DNA of 64,000 nt from Actinomycetota bacterium (GCA_046765815.1 JBKPRG010000002.1:2501-66500); one strand, 5' to 3'. Positions 1 to 15,784 are shown, counted from the first letter of the stretch. Notes: generated by a model not told the origin, from the sequence alone. Numbers and translations are program-made.

Positions 1-1278
<1,278 letters not shown>

Positions 1279-1292
<14 letters not shown>

Positions 1293-2232
1293 GCGGATCC
1301 TGCGACTCGAGGACGAGGCCGTCGTCCTCCTCGACCAGCGCCTGCTGCCCCTCGAGCAGGTCGAAGTGCGCTGCCGAACTGCGGCGGAGGTCGCAGACGC
1401 CATTCGCACGATGGTCGTGCGCGGCGCGCCGGCGATCGGGGTCGCAGCCGCCTACGGCTACGCGCTCGCCGTCGCACGTGGCGAGGATCCGGTCGCGGCG
1501 GACGAGGTGTTGCGCAGCTCGCGGCCGACGGCGGTGAATCTCGCCTGGGCGCTCGACGTGATACAGCACGAGCCGTCGTACGAGCGCGCGCGGCAACTGC
1601 ACGTGGACGAGGTCGAGCGCTGCCGCCGGATGGCGGCGCACACCGCCGACCTTCTGGCGACCGGAACGCGTGCGCTGACGCATTGCAACGCGGGCGGCCT
1701 CGCGACGGGCGGCTATGGCAGCGCCGTGGGCGCGCTCGTCGCGGCGAGCGAGCGTGGCCTGCTCGATCACGTCTGGGTCGACGAGACGCGGCCCTTACTG
1801 CAGGGCGCGCGGCTGACCGCCTGGGAGCTCGAGGAGGCCGGCATCCCGCACGCGGTGATCGTCGATTCCGCCGCGGCGTCGCTGATGGCAAGCGGCCAGG
1901 TCGACTGCGTGATCACCGGCGCCGACCGCATTGCGGCCAACGGCGACACCGCCAACAAGATCGGCACGTACGCTCTCGCGGTTTTGGCGCATCATCACGG
2001 GCTGCCCCTCTACGTCGTCGCTCCGAGCTCCACGGTCGACCTGGCGACTCCGGACGGCGCGGCGATCCCGATCGAGGAGCGCGACCCCAGCGAGGTAACC
2101 GCGCGCTTCACCGCGCGCAACCCTGCGTTTGACGTCACGCCCGCGGAGTTGATTTCCGCGATCGTCACCGAAGCGGGCGTGCACCGCCCGCCGTACGCGG
2201 CCTCGCTCGCCCGGGACCCCGTAGCGGCGTGA
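1279..2232 (+). CDS. mtnA: Methylthioribose-1-phosphate isomerase (eIF-2B alpha/beta/delta-like family)
   Basis: VRGAPAIGVAAAYG, HCNAG, DETRPLLQGARLTAWEL, GADRIAANGDTANKIGTY motifs; start placed at TTG 1279 (ORF track start 1165 adds a non-homologous N-terminus). Confidence 0.8.
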
Positions 2233-2993
2233 AGGCGCTCGTCCTCGCCGCTGGCTACGCCACGCGGCTGCGTCCGCTCACGGACACGTGGGCAAAGGAG
2301 CTCCTCCCGGTCGCCGGCACGCCGATCGTCGACACGATCGTCCAACGCATCGAGGAGGTCGCCGAGGTCGACGAGATCCACCTCGTGACCAACGCGGGCA
2401 AGGCCGCCGCGTTCGAGCGGTGGGCCGAGGGCCGGGACATCCGCGTGCACGACGATGGGACGACGTCGAACGACGACCGCCTCGGTGCGATCGGTGACAT
2501 GCGGTTCGTCGTCGAGCAGGCGGGGATCGACGACGACCTGCTCGTGATCGCCGGCGACAACCTGTTCGAGTTCAGCCTGGCCGACTTCGTCGCCTTCTGG
2601 CGCGGCAAGGGCCTCGCAAGTGCGGTCGCGGTTCGCGATGTCGGCTCTCGCGAGCTCGTCAGGCGATACAGCGTCGTCGAGCTCGGCGCCGATGACCGCT
2701 TGCTCGCCTTCGTCGAGAAGCCGTCCGAACCGCAATCGACGCTGGCCGCGATCGCGACGTATCTCTTCCACCGCGAGCACGTGCCGCTTATCGAGGCCTA
2801 CCTCGAAGCGGGCAACGAGCCGGACCAGCCGGGCAGGTTCGTCGCCTGGCTGCACCAGCATGAGCCCGTCTTCGGCTGGCGGTTCGCCGGCGACTGGTTC
2901 GACATCGGCGACCTCGAGCAGTTGCAGCACGCCGACAACCTTCTGCGGGCAGAGCGCGGCTTGCCGCAGCGCGCGGCCTACTCGCCGGACTAG
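2229..2993 (+). CDS. Sugar-1-phosphate nucleotidyltransferase-fold protein (NTP_transferase family)
   Basis: N-terminal LVLAAGYATRLRPLT (GxGTRLxPLT-type) motif; GTG start overlaps mtnA stop (GTGA). Confidence 0.75.
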   Translation: MKALVLAAGYATRLRPLTDTWAKELLPVAGTPIVDTIVQRIEEVAEVDEIHLVTNAGKAAAFERWAEGRDIRVHDDGTTSNDDRLGAIGDMRFVVEQAGIDDDLLVIAGDNLFEFSLADFVAFWRGKGLASAVAVRDVGSRELVRRYSVVELGADDRLLAFVEKPSEPQSTLAAIATYLFHREHVPLIEAYLEAGNEPDQPGRFVAWLHQHEPVFGWRFAGDWFDIGDLEQLQHADNLLRAERGLPQRAAYSPD

Positions 2994-3000
2994 CTGCCGG

Positions 3001-3159
3001 TCAGGAGGCCCAGAGCCGGTGCCGGATGGCGTCGGCCATCGACGCGGGCGCGGCGTCCTTGTCAGGCCCGCGCCAGAGGAGTGCGGCCGCCACAAGCCAC
3101 GGTGCGACGAGCGCGGGCAAGAGCAGCAACGACCACCAGTGTGGGGTATGTGCGATCAC
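3001..3159 (-). CDS. Possible 52-aa single-pass membrane protein
   Basis: GTG at 3159 preceded by GGAG; hydrophobic core WWSLLLLPALVAPWLVAAALLW; GC-rich third positions; no homology recognised. Confidence 0.3.
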   Translation of the reverse strand: MIAHTPHWWSLLLLPALVAPWLVAAALLWRGPDKDAAPASMADAIRHRLWAS

Positions 3160-3247
3160 GTCTCCAGTGTGCGGGCCACTCGGGTGCTGCCGCCGGCGAT
3201 GCGGCAACCGTTTGCAGAATCGTCACAACTTGTTTTCAGACTCGGCA

Positions 3248-3856
3248 TCAGAATTCCGACCAGGACGCGGCCTGCGGCGAGATGCCGAGCAGGATCTCGA
3301 GTCGCTCGGGCAGGTACTCCGGGAACACCGCATAGGACGTCAGGCGGACGTGGCCTTCGACGAGGACGAGGGGCCGCAAGTCCGGCGTCGTCAGCGCGAT
3401 CAGCTCCGGCGGTGACGGGGTCCGCTGCACCGCCGCGGCGATCGGCTCGTGCCCGGCGACATCTGCGTCCCGTGCGGCGCCGGCCCTGATCCGCTCCGCC
3501 GCGTCGCGCGGGCGGCGACTCCCACCCGACAGCTCGAGCCACCAGTCCCAGTCGATGTACAGGATGTCGAGCACCTCCTCGGGGCTCAGCGCCGCCCGAT
3601 GCCAGGCGACGTCGAGCGGGAAGCCGTTGAAGAGGCCCTCGCGACGCTCGTAGGCCCGGTGTTCGTCGAGCAGCCGGCGACGGGCCGTGTTCTGGCCGGC
3701 GTCCCTGACGTCGGGATGCCGTACAACGGCGTCCGCTAGGCCGTCGCGAGCAAGCAGCGTCTCGATCGCACCGCCGAACCGCTCCGACGCGAGCTCTCCC
3801 CGCAGGAAGACCGCGATCATCTCGTCTTCGCTGATCGGGCCGAGTAGCTCCATCAC
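3248..3856 (-). CDS. Hypothetical protein
   Basis: 202-aa ORF with ATG start and protein-like composition; no domain recognised. Confidence 0.6.
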   Translation of the reverse strand: MMELLGPISEDEMIAVFLRGELASERFGGAIETLLARDGLADAVVRHPDVRDAGQNTARRRLLDEHRAYERREGLFNGFPLDVAWHRAALSPEEVLDILYIDWDWWLELSGGSRRPRDAAERIRAGAARDADVAGHEPIAAAVQRTPSPPELIALTTPDLRPLVLVEGHVRLTSYAVFPEYLPERLEILLGISPQAASWSEF

Positions 3857-3879
3857 CGGACCCTAGACACGGGCGTGTT

Positions 3880-4593
3880 TTGTCACGAAGTCGGCGCAGA
3901 CACGTCACTGTTTCCCACGTACCGTCGACGGCGTGGCTCGTCGACCTTCTGTTCCCATCTCGGTGCGTCGCGTGTGGCGCGTCGGCGACCGGGCTCTGTC
4001 CGGCCTGTCGAGCCTCGCTGCGGCCGCTGCCACCGCCCCGCTGCGCCCGCTGTGGGGCGCCGACGGCATGGCCGGTGGAACGGTGCCGCGAGTGCTCGGG
4101 GCGACGCCTGGCCTTCGCCGGCGCGACGGCGGCCTTCGCCTACACCGGGCCCGCGCGGCCGTTCGTGCGGGCCTGGAAGGAGCGCGGCCTCCGCCGGCTC
4201 ACACCTCTGGCTGCCGAGCTCGTCGCAACCTACGTCGCCGCGCCGGCAGCGGACGTCATCACGTATATCCCGCCCGACCCGGCACGGCAGCTGACACGCA
4301 GCCGCCACCCGGCCGAGGCGCTCGCGGTCGAGCTCGCCGCGCGCTGGCAGCTCCGGTCGGCCGATCTCCTCGCCCGGACGCGGTCGGCCCACCGGCAGGC
4401 CTCGCTGCCCCGGGCGGGCCGGCGTGCCAACGTCGCAGGCTCGTTCGCCGCGATTGCGCAGGCACCCCCGTGGGTCGTGCTCGTCGACGACGTGTACACG
4501 ACCGGCTCGACGGCGAGCGCCGCCGCCACCGCCCTGCGGGCAGCCGGCGCACGGCACGTCGAGGTCGTCACGTTCGCTCGGGCCGTCCGCTAG
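3880..4593 (+). CDS. comF: ComF-family phosphoribosyltransferase-domain protein
   Basis: N-terminal CxxC...CxxC cluster (CVACG, CARCG, CRECS) and PRTase motif VVLVDDVYTTGST; only in-frame start before the conserved N-terminus is TTG 3880. Confidence 0.75.
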   Translation: MSRSRRRHVTVSHVPSTAWLVDLLFPSRCVACGASATGLCPACRASLRPLPPPRCARCGAPTAWPVERCRECSGRRLAFAGATAAFAYTGPARPFVRAWKERGLRRLTPLAAELVATYVAAPAADVITYIPPDPARQLTRSRHPAEALAVELAARWQLRSADLLARTRSAHRQASLPRAGRRANVAGSFAAIAQAPPWVVLVDDVYTTGSTASAAATALRAAGARHVEVVTFARAVR

Positions 4594-4633
4594 TCTCGGT
4601 CCGTCCCGATCGACCACCACCAGGGAGGCGGCC

Positions 4634-4975
4634 ATGAGGCTTCAGGTGAAGGGCAAGAACGTGGAGGTCTCCCCGGCGATCCGCGAATACGCAGAGCGGA
4701 AGCTCGCGAAGCTGTCGAAGCAGCTTGCGGACCAGACGCAGGTCGAGCTCGAGCTGTCGGAGCAGAAGAATCCGTCGATCGCCGAGAGCCACGTCGCCGA
4801 GGCGACGATCTTCACCAAGGGGCCGACGCTACGGGCGCGCGAGGCGTCGCCGGACATGAAGGCGTCGATCGACCAGCTCGTCGACAAGCTCGAGCGTCAG
4901 GTGAAGAAGTACCGCGAGCGCCGCATCGTGGAGCCTCGCCGGCACGCGCCGCACAACGGCGAAGACGCCGCCTGA
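4634..4975 (+). CDS. hpf: Ribosome hibernation promoting factor (short S30EA/HPF type)
   Basis: MRLQVKGKNVEVSPAIREYAERKL... typical HPF/RaiA N-terminus; GGGAGG 6 nt upstream of ATG 4634. Confidence 0.85.
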   Translation: MRLQVKGKNVEVSPAIREYAERKLAKLSKQLADQTQVELELSEQKNPSIAESHVAEATIFTKGPTLRAREASPDMKASIDQLVDKLERQVKKYRERRIVEPRRHAPHNGEDAA

Positions 4976-4980
4976 GCCGC

Positions 4981-5577
4981 GTGGGGCTGTTCCGCCGTCG
5001 CGTTCCGCTGCACCGGCGGCTCGCCGAGGAGGCCGACATGCTGGCCGGGCTCGGAATTCCGGGGCGGCCGCCCGCGCAGGCGGCCGAGCCGCCGGGCTGG
5101 GACGGTGAGGCGCGCGGTGAGGCGGGCATCCACGGTGTGCCGCGCGCCCGCCGCTGGGACGCCGTCGCCACCGCCGTCGCACCCGGGCTGCGGGGTGAAC
5201 GCGTCCACCTGGTCTCGCTCGCCGACGGCACGCTGATCATCGAGGAAGATGAGCCGGACGGAGCCCTCACGCCGCTGGCGGAGGCCGTCGACCGCACGCT
5301 CGCGCCGCCGTACAAGGCCGAGGCCGTTCGGCGCGAAGGCGACACGTGGGCGATCGCCGCCTCACGGATCGAGCTGGTCGCGGTGCCGGGGCTGAGCGGC
5401 GACGACGTCGAGCTCGCGACGACCCGCGACGGGCGCGTGCTCAAGGTCGACGGCCAGACGACGCTGGGCCGCGCTCCGGCCCTCGAACGCGTGGGTGAGG
5501 CGCAGGGAACGGAGTACGTGGTGCGGGCGCGGCGGGTCGACGGCGACCTCTGGGAGGTCGAGGCGTCGCCGCTCTGA
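4981..5577 (+). CDS. Hypothetical protein
   Basis: 198-aa ORF between hpf and secA, GTG start, codon bias consistent with coding; no domain recognised. Confidence 0.55.
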   Translation: MGLFRRRVPLHRRLAEEADMLAGLGIPGRPPAQAAEPPGWDGEARGEAGIHGVPRARRWDAVATAVAPGLRGERVHLVSLADGTLIIEEDEPDGALTPLAEAVDRTLAPPYKAEAVRREGDTWAIAASRIELVAVPGLSGDDVELATTRDGRVLKVDGQTTLGRAPALERVGEAQGTEYVVRARRVDGDLWEVEASPL

Positions 5578-5668
5578 CCCGCCGGCGAGCGGAACCCGCC
5601 GAACAAGGCTAGGGGCCGGAATCTCCGGGCCTTGGGACGGAAGGACTCGGGGCGGTACCCTGTCTCCC

Positions 5669-8338
<2,670 letters not shown>

Positions 8339-8344
8339 GGCGCC

Positions 8345-8899
8345 GTGGAGCTCCAGCCGCCTGACCCGCCCCTCGCGGACGACCTGATCGCGCTCGAGCC
8401 GCTGACGCAGGCGCACGTGCCGTGGATGCTCGAGCTGACCGCGGACGACCAGATCGTCCGCTTCACGCGTGTCCCGGCGGGCGCCGACGAGGCGTTCGTC
8501 AAGAGCTGGATCGGCCGCTACGAGAATGGCTGGGCAGACGGCAGCCGCGCCGGGTTCGCCGTCGTGGACCACGAGGGCAACCAGCTCGGGTTCGCGGCCT
8601 TCGTCCAGCTCGACCGCGACGCGGACGAAGGTGAGATCGGCTATGCGATCGACCCCGCCGCCCGCGGCAAGGGCGTCGCGACGCGCTCGCTCGACCTACT
8701 TACGCGCTGGGGCTTCGACGTGCTCGAGCTGGCACGCATCGAGCTGATCATCGACGTCGCCAACGGCGGCTCCGCGCGGGTCGCCGAGCGCGCCGGCTAC
8801 TCCTTCGAGGGCGTCCTTCGTTCGAAGCACGTCAAGGACGGCCTCCGCGCCGACCTCGGTGTCTGGTCTCGCCTCCGCAGCGATGGCCATCTAACGTAG
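8345..8899 (+). CDS. GNAT family N-acetyltransferase (RimJ/RimL-like)
   Basis: IGYAIDPAARGKGVATRSL acetyl-CoA binding motif; ELIIDVANGGSARVAERAGYSFEG. Confidence 0.8.
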   Translation: MELQPPDPPLADDLIALEPLTQAHVPWMLELTADDQIVRFTRVPAGADEAFVKSWIGRYENGWADGSRAGFAVVDHEGNQLGFAAFVQLDRDADEGEIGYAIDPAARGKGVATRSLDLLTRWGFDVLELARIELIIDVANGGSARVAERAGYSFEGVLRSKHVKDGLRADLGVWSRLRSDGHLT

Positions 8900-8910
8900 G
8901 GTTCTCGCTT

Positions 8911-10521
8911 GTGAGCGGCGCGGAACGTCGGCTGCTCGCCCGCGAATGGACCCTCTCCGCCATTATCGCGGCCGGTCTCGCAGGCGTGCTCATCTGGCTC
9001 GGACCGCCGGGCGTCGATCTGGCCGCCCACTCGTACCAGCGCACGTTCCTGCTCCAGCACGGCTTCGCGATCTGGAACAACTTCTGGTACGCCGGGCGCT
9101 ACTCGTTCGTCACCTACAGCTTCATCTACTACCCGCTCGCGGCCCTGATCGGGATCAAGCTGCTGGCGGTCGTCTCGATCGGCGTCGCGGCGCTCGCTTT
9201 CGCGCTCGTCGTCTGGCAGGAGTGGGGGCCGTCGGCGCGCTTCTCGAGCCGGACCTTCACCTTGCTTTGGCCCGGCGTCGTGCTCTCGGCTGCGTTTCCG
9301 TTCGCGCTCGGCGCCATGTTCGCGCTGCTGGCGATCGCGGCGCTGCAGCGCGGCCGACGCCGGCTGTTTGCGCTGCTCCTCTTCCTGACGCTGCTCGCGA
9401 GCCCGCTCGCGCTGCTGCTGCTCGTGCTCGTGCTTGCCGGCGGCGCGGTGGAACGGCCGCCGAGGCGGGCAACGGTGGCGGTGATCGTGATCGCCGTCGC
9501 GTTCGAGCTGGTCCTGCGGCGGATGTTCCCGGAGCAGGGCAAGTTCCCGTTCAGCGTCGCGGATCTCGTCCCCGGCACGCTCTTCGGCATCTTCGGCCTG
9601 CTCGTCACGGTGCGCGTTCCGGGAGCGCGCCGCCTCGCAGGCCTGTTCGCGGTGTTCCTCGCGGCGACGATCGTCGCGTTCATCGTCCCGGGCGACCTCG
9701 GCTCGAACGTCGAGCGGCTGAAGTTCATGGCGATCCCGCTCGCGCTCCTCGCGGCGACGCTGGCACCGAAGCGGATCATGCTCGCGATCCCGCTGGTGGC
9801 GGTCGCCGGCTTCTGGAACATCTCGGCGCTCGCCCACACCGTGCGCGCCGCCGCCGCCGACCCCGCGCACAGCGCGACCTACTGGCAGCCGGCGATCGGG
9901 TACCTCCGCTCGCACCTCAGCCCGTCGTACCGCGTCGAGGCCGTCGACACGATCGAGCACTGGCCGGCCGCGTATCTCCCGGACGCCGGCATCCCGATCG
10001 TGCGCGGCTGGTACCGGCAGAACGACTTCCCGCAGAACGAGCTCCTCTACGACCGGAACCTGGCCGCGAAGGCGTACCAGGCCTGGCTGCGGTCGCTGGG
10101 CGTGCGCTACGTCGTGCTCACCGACGCGCCGTCCGACTACAGCTCGCGCAGCGAGGCGAACCTCGTCGGTTCGGGCCGTTCCGGGCTGCTCCCGGTGTTC
10201 TGGAGCCCGCACGTGACGATCTTCGAGGTGCCGGACGCGAGCCCGATCGTCACCGGCGCCGGCGAGGCGACCGTGATGTGGATGTGGCCGTCGCGGCTCG
10301 TCGTCTCCGTCACGAAGCCGGGGCGCTACCGCGTCAAGCTGCGCTGGTCGCCCTACTGGCGCACCTCGGGAGGGTGCGTCTGGCGGGGGCCCGACGGCAC
10401 CGTGCGCCTCAAGGTGCCCGATCCCGGGCTCGTCGCCCTGCGCGTCTCGGTGAACGTGGCGCGCGGCTTCGAGACGCTCGCGGGGCTGAGCCCGAAGCGC
10501 TTTTGCGCTGATCCGGACTAG
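8911..10521 (+). CDS. Polytopic membrane protein with extracytoplasmic C-terminal domain (GT-C-like architecture, tentative)
   Basis: About 9-10 hydrophobic helices in the first ~330 aa followed by a ~200-aa soluble domain; no specific family recognised. Confidence 0.7.
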   Translation: MSGAERRLLAREWTLSAIIAAGLAGVLIWLGPPGVDLAAHSYQRTFLLQHGFAIWNNFWYAGRYSFVTYSFIYYPLAALIGIKLLAVVSIGVAALAFALVVWQEWGPSARFSSRTFTLLWPGVVLSAAFPFALGAMFALLAIAALQRGRRRLFALLLFLTLLASPLALLLLVLVLAGGAVERPPRRATVAVIVIAVAFELVLRRMFPEQGKFPFSVADLVPGTLFGIFGLLVTVRVPGARRLAGLFAVFLAATIVAFIVPGDLGSNVERLKFMAIPLALLAATLAPKRIMLAIPLVAVAGFWNISALAHTVRAAAADPAHSATYWQPAIGYLRSHLSPSYRVEAVDTIEHWPAAYLPDAGIPIVRGWYRQNDFPQNELLYDRNLAAKAYQAWLRSLGVRYVVLTDAPSDYSSRSEANLVGSGRSGLLPVFWSPHVTIFEVPDASPIVTGAGEATVMWMWPSRLVVSVTKPGRYRVKLRWSPYWRTSGGCVWRGPDGTVRLKVPDPGLVALRVSVNVARGFETLAGLSPKRFCADPD

Positions 10522-10537
10522 CTACCATCCGGCGGTC

Positions 10538-11648
<1,111 letters not shown>

Positions 11649-11800
11649 TCGGTGAGGTACACTTGCCGCACCTTCGCACCGGGGCGCCTCGCTTCCGACG
11701 TCCCGTCTGAACCGCAGTGCAGGAACCGCAGCTGACAGACACGCCGGCGACCCTGGTTGCCGAGGAACCGATCGCGGAGACGCGTCCCAGCGCCGCGTCG

Positions 11801-12478
11801 ATGATCGTGTTCGACTCGGTGACCAAGGTCTACGAGCCGGACGTCGTTGCCCTGCGCGACGTAACGTTCCACATCGACAAGGGCGAGTTCGTCTTCGTCG
11901 TCGGCGCCTCCGGCTCCGGCAAGTCGACGCTGGTGCGGCTGCTGCTCAAGGAGCTCGAGCCGACCGGCGGCAAGATCGTCATCGGCGGCCGCGAGCTCGG
12001 CCGGCTCAAGTCGTCCAAGGTGCCGATGCTGCGACGCAACATCGGCTGCGTCTTCCAGGACTTCAAGCTCCTACCGCGGCGCACCGCGGCGGAGAACGTC
12101 GCCTATGCGCTGAAGGTGCAGGGCGAGGGCAACGCGGCGATCAGGAAAAAGGTGCCGGAGGTGCTCGCGATGGTCGGTCTGTCGCACAAGATGCACTCGC
12201 TCCCCGACGAGCTTTCCGGTGGCGAGCAGCAGCGCGTCTCGATTGCGCGCGCGTTCGTCAACCACCCGCCGCTGCTCGTCTGCGACGAGCCGACGGGCAA
12301 CCTCGACCCCGACACGTCGGTCGGGATCATGCAGCTGCTCTATCGCATCAACCGCGCGGGCACGACGATCCTGATGGTCACGCACGACCGTGAGATGGTC
12401 GACAAGATGCGCAAGCGCGTGATCGCGCTCGAAGAAGGCCGTCTCATGCGCGACGAGCGGCGCGGAGGCTACGAATAA
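11801..12478 (+). CDS. ftsE: Cell division ABC ATPase FtsE
   Basis: Walker [10 protein letters not shown], signature LSGGEQQRV, Walker [13 protein letters not shown]; ATG 11801 (MIVFDSVTK) preferred over GTG 11717. Confidence 0.9.
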   Translation: MIVFDSVTKVYEPDVVALRDVTFHIDKGEFVFVVGASGSGKSTLVRLLLKELEPTGGKIVIGGRELGRLKSSKVPMLRRNIGCVFQDFKLLPRRTAAENVAYALKVQGEGNAAIRKKVPEVLAMVGLSHKMHSLPDELSGGEQQRVSIARAFVNHPPLLVCDEPTGNLDPDTSVGIMQLLYRINRAGTTILMVTHDREMVDKMRKRVIALEEGRLMRDERRGGYE

Positions 12479-13362
12479 TGGGCAACCGCGGCAAGCTTCT
12501 TGTCTCCGAGGCGTGGCGCTCGCTCGGCGCGAACCTGTCGACGACGGTCGCCGCGACGATGACGGTGCTGATCGGGATGTTCCTGCTCGGCCTGTTCATC
12601 GCGCTCGGCTCCTGGACGGTCTCGTGGTCGAACCACGCGAAGAAGCAGCTCGAGGTGAAGGTCTTCTTCGTCCCCGGCGCATCGATCCAGCAGCGCAACG
12701 CCGTCGCGCGGATGCTCGAGCAGAACCAGTACGTCAAGCCCGGCAGCATCGACTACATCTCGCCGGAGCAGGGGCTCGAGATCATGAAGAAGCGCTATCC
12801 GGAGCTCGTCAAGGACCTGCCGTCGAACCCGCTCGGCGCTGCGATCAACGTCACGCCGAACAAGCCGGAGAACGTCGACAAGCTCTACAGCTCGATCACG
12901 GAGCCCAAGCTGCCACCCGGCGTCGACCGGGTGCGCGACGGGAAACAGGTGTCGCACTACATCCTCCGAGTTGCTCACGTGATCGAGGTCGTGTTCACGA
13001 TCGCGACGGTGATTTTGTTGATCGCCTCGGTGCTCCTGATCGCGAACACGATCAGGCTCTCGATCTTCTCGCGGCGACGCGAGATCGAGGTGATGAAGCT
13101 CGTCGGCGCGACGAACTGGTTCGTGCGCGGGCCGTTCATGCTCGAGGGGCTGTTCTGCGGTCTTCTCGGCTCGATCCTGGCGGTGGTCTTCCTGACGCTC
13201 GGGAAGGTGATCGCGTTGCCGGCGATCTCGTCCCATCTCTCCGGTGACTCCGACGTGAAGGCGCTCAGCTTTTCGATGACGGCGCTGATCATGCTCGGGA
13301 TGGGCCTCGGGCTCGGCGCGCTCGGCTCGGGCCTCACCATCCGGCGCTTCCTGCGCATCTGA
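12478..13362 (+). CDS. ftsX: Cell division permease-like protein FtsX
   Basis: TAATG overlap with ftsE; one N-terminal and three C-terminal TM helices, periplasmic domain between; typical FtsX layout. Confidence 0.85.
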   Translation: MGNRGKLLVSEAWRSLGANLSTTVAATMTVLIGMFLLGLFIALGSWTVSWSNHAKKQLEVKVFFVPGASIQQRNAVARMLEQNQYVKPGSIDYISPEQGLEIMKKRYPELVKDLPSNPLGAAINVTPNKPENVDKLYSSITEPKLPPGVDRVRDGKQVSHYILRVAHVIEVVFTIATVILLIASVLLIANTIRLSIFSRRREIEVMKLVGATNWFVRGPFMLEGLFCGLLGSILAVVFLTLGKVIALPAISSHLSGDSDVKALSFSMTALIMLGMGLGLGALGSGLTIRRFLRI

Positions 13363-13412
13363 GCGACTCGAACCGCGTCGTCGTCGAGGTCGGCCGCCGC
13401 GGCAAGCTCGTC

Positions 13413-15011
13413 GTGGGCGAGCCCTACTTCACGCCGGGCGTCCCGCTGGTCCTCGACACGAAGGGCGCGGGCGATCTCGAGCCGGGCGACCTGGCGGCAG
13501 TCCGCACAGGCCGAGGCCGGGCACACGTCGAGCAGAACCTCGGTCGCGCAGACAACGTCGAGAACGTGCTCGAGGCGCTGCTCGTCGAGCGCGGCGACCG
13601 TGAGCCGTTCGAGCAGCACGAGTTTCGCGGCATCGACATCGCGAACCGGGTCGACCTGCGTGACCTCCTGACGTACACGATCGACCCGGACACGGCAAAG
13701 GACTTCGACGATGCGCTCTCCTTCCGCCGCGAGAGGGACGGCATCCGCGCCTGGGTGCACATCGCGGACGTCTCGTGGTTCGTCGGCGCCGGCTCGCCGC
13801 TCGATCACGGCGCGGCCCGTCGTTCCTTCTCGACGTACGTCCCCGGCCGCGTGGCGCCGATGCTGCCGCACGAGCTTTCCGACGACCTCTGCTCACTGCG
13901 GCCGCACCAGGATCGCCTGTGCGTGACGGTCGAGATCGCACCGCACGGCGAGGCGCAGTTCTACCGCTCGGTGATCCGCTCCGACGCGAGGCTGACGTAC
14001 GGGCAGGCTGCGCGGCGCGAGGCGGCGCCGGAGATCCTGGAGGCGCTCGCGTTGAACGACGAGCTCGCGGCCGGGTTGCGCATGCAGCGCTTCGCGCGCG
14101 GCGCCCTGCAGGTGCAGACGCCCGAAGTCGTGTTCCGCTTCGACGGCAAGGGCGGCGTCGCCGAGGCGTGGCTCGAGGGCGAGCCGCATGCGCACATGCT
14201 CGTCGAGGAGCTGATGGTGCGGGCGAACGAGCTTGTGGGCGGGTTCCTCGCCGGCCGCCGGCGCGACGCGCTCTACCGCGTGCACGAGCGTCCGGATCCA
14301 CTCTCGCTCGAGCACCTGCTCGCCAAGCTGGCCGACCTCGGGGTGCCGACGCCGCCGGCGCCTGAACGGATGACGCCGGCGCAGGCCGCCGAGCTGGCCG
14401 GGGCGATCTCGACGCGTGTCTCTGAGTACACCCAACAGTCGGGACGGGGACGCGAGGCGTTCCCGGCGCTCGTCCTGCGCGCGCTGAAGCAGGCCCGCTA
14501 CGACCCGAAGAACTTCGGCCACTCCGGGCTGGCAAGCCCGGCCTATGCGCACTTCACGTCGCCGATCCGCCGCTACCCGGACCTCGTCGTCCACCGCGCC
14601 CTCTTGCGCGAGCTCGGCCTCGCCGACGATCCGCTGCCGGAGGACCTGCCCGCGCTCGCGGAGCACACGTCCGGGCGCGAGCGCGAAGCGGCGCGCACGG
14701 AGTACCTGGCGGACGAGATCTGCCTCGCCTGGCTGCTCGAGCGACGCCTGTTCGAGCGCGGCTGGGAGGAGCCGTGGACGGGCGAGATCACGGGGCTCAT
14801 CCCGTCGGGGCTCTTCTGCCGCTTCGGCGAGGTCTTCGAGGGCTTCCTGCCCGCGCGCCGCCTGCACGGCGAGTTCTTCGAGCTGAACAAGCTGGGCACC
14901 GCCCTCGCGGGCCGCACGACGGGGCGGACCTACCGGCTGGGCGACCCGATCGAGGTGCGCGTCCAGTCGATTGCGCGGCACGAGGGAAAAGTGGAGCTGA
15001 CCCCGGCGTGA
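13413..15011 (+). CDS. RNase II/RNase R family 3'-5' exoribonuclease (RNB + C-terminal S1-like domain)
   Basis: RNB motifs DPDTAKDFDDALS, HIADVS, YVPGRVAPMLP, HFTSPIRRYPDLVVHR; C-terminal GEITGLIPSGLFCRF... S1-like. Start may lie upstream of GTG 13413 (frame is open back to the ftsX stop). Confidence 0.85.
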   Translation: MGEPYFTPGVPLVLDTKGAGDLEPGDLAAVRTGRGRAHVEQNLGRADNVENVLEALLVERGDREPFEQHEFRGIDIANRVDLRDLLTYTIDPDTAKDFDDALSFRRERDGIRAWVHIADVSWFVGAGSPLDHGAARRSFSTYVPGRVAPMLPHELSDDLCSLRPHQDRLCVTVEIAPHGEAQFYRSVIRSDARLTYGQAARREAAPEILEALALNDELAAGLRMQRFARGALQVQTPEVVFRFDGKGGVAEAWLEGEPHAHMLVEELMVRANELVGGFLAGRRRDALYRVHERPDPLSLEHLLAKLADLGVPTPPAPERMTPAQAAELAGAISTRVSEYTQQSGRGREAFPALVLRALKQARYDPKNFGHSGLASPAYAHFTSPIRRYPDLVVHRALLRELGLADDPLPEDLPALAEHTSGREREAARTEYLADEICLAWLLERRLFERGWEEPWTGEITGLIPSGLFCRFGEVFEGFLPARRLHGEFFELNKLGTALAGRTTGRTYRLGDPIEVRVQSIARHEGKVELTPA

Positions 15012-15025
15012 CTCGCCGCGTGCGC

Positions 15026-15784
15026 ATGGCGGCCCGCCATCAAGTGCTCTTCTTGCCAGGCGGGGTCCTGCCGGCCGAGCCGGCGTATGCGGCGTTGTTC
15101 GACGTGCTCGGCGAAAGCGTCGACGCGGTTGCGAAGGATCTCGAGCTCTATGCAGCGGATCGGCCGCCGCCAAGCTACAGCCTCGAAACCGAGATCAGGG
15201 GGATCTTGCGCGAGGCCGATGCTCACCGCTTCGACCGGTTCCACCTCGTCGGCTACTCAGGCGGTGGCGCGTCATCGCTCGCGTTTGCCGCGCAACATGG
15301 CGATCGCCTGCGCAGCTTGGCGATGCTCGAGCCTGCGTGGGCAGGGAACGAGAGAACGCCGGTAGAGGACGCGTTGGTCGCGCGCTTCCGCGCGCTCGAG
15401 TCCTTGCCACCCGCCCAGTTCATGGCCGGCTTTGTCGGGTTGCAACTCGCGCCCGGTGTCGAGCCTCCGCCGCCTCCAGCCGGGCCGCCGCCGCCGTGGA
15501 TGGCGACGCGACCTGCGGGCCTGCGCTCCTTGATCCAGGCTTTCGACCACGGCGATCTCGACCTCGACGCGCTGCGAGCGTTCGACCGGCCCGTCTACTT
15601 CGCGCTCGGCGGCCGCAGCAACCAGGACTACTACGGGCGCATGGCGGAGCGGCTCGACTCGATCTTCCCCGACTTCACTCTCGAGACGTTCCGCGAACGC
15701 CACCACTTCGACCCGCCCCACCGAGTCGAGCCCGAACATCTCGCCAACTCGCTGCTCGCACTCTGGCAGCGCGCAGAGCCCTAG
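15026..15784 (+). CDS. Alpha/beta hydrolase fold protein
   Basis: Nucleophile elbow HLVGYSGGG (GxSxG); ATG 15026 (alternative GTG 15008). Confidence 0.7.
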   Translation: MAARHQVLFLPGGVLPAEPAYAALFDVLGESVDAVAKDLELYAADRPPPSYSLETEIRGILREADAHRFDRFHLVGYSGGGASSLAFAAQHGDRLRSLAMLEPAWAGNERTPVEDALVARFRALESLPPAQFMAGFVGLQLAPGVEPPPPPAGPPPPWMATRPAGLRSLIQAFDHGDLDLDALRAFDRPVYFALGGRSNQDYYGRMAERLDSIFPDFTLETFRERHHFDPPHRVEPEHLANSLLALWQRAEP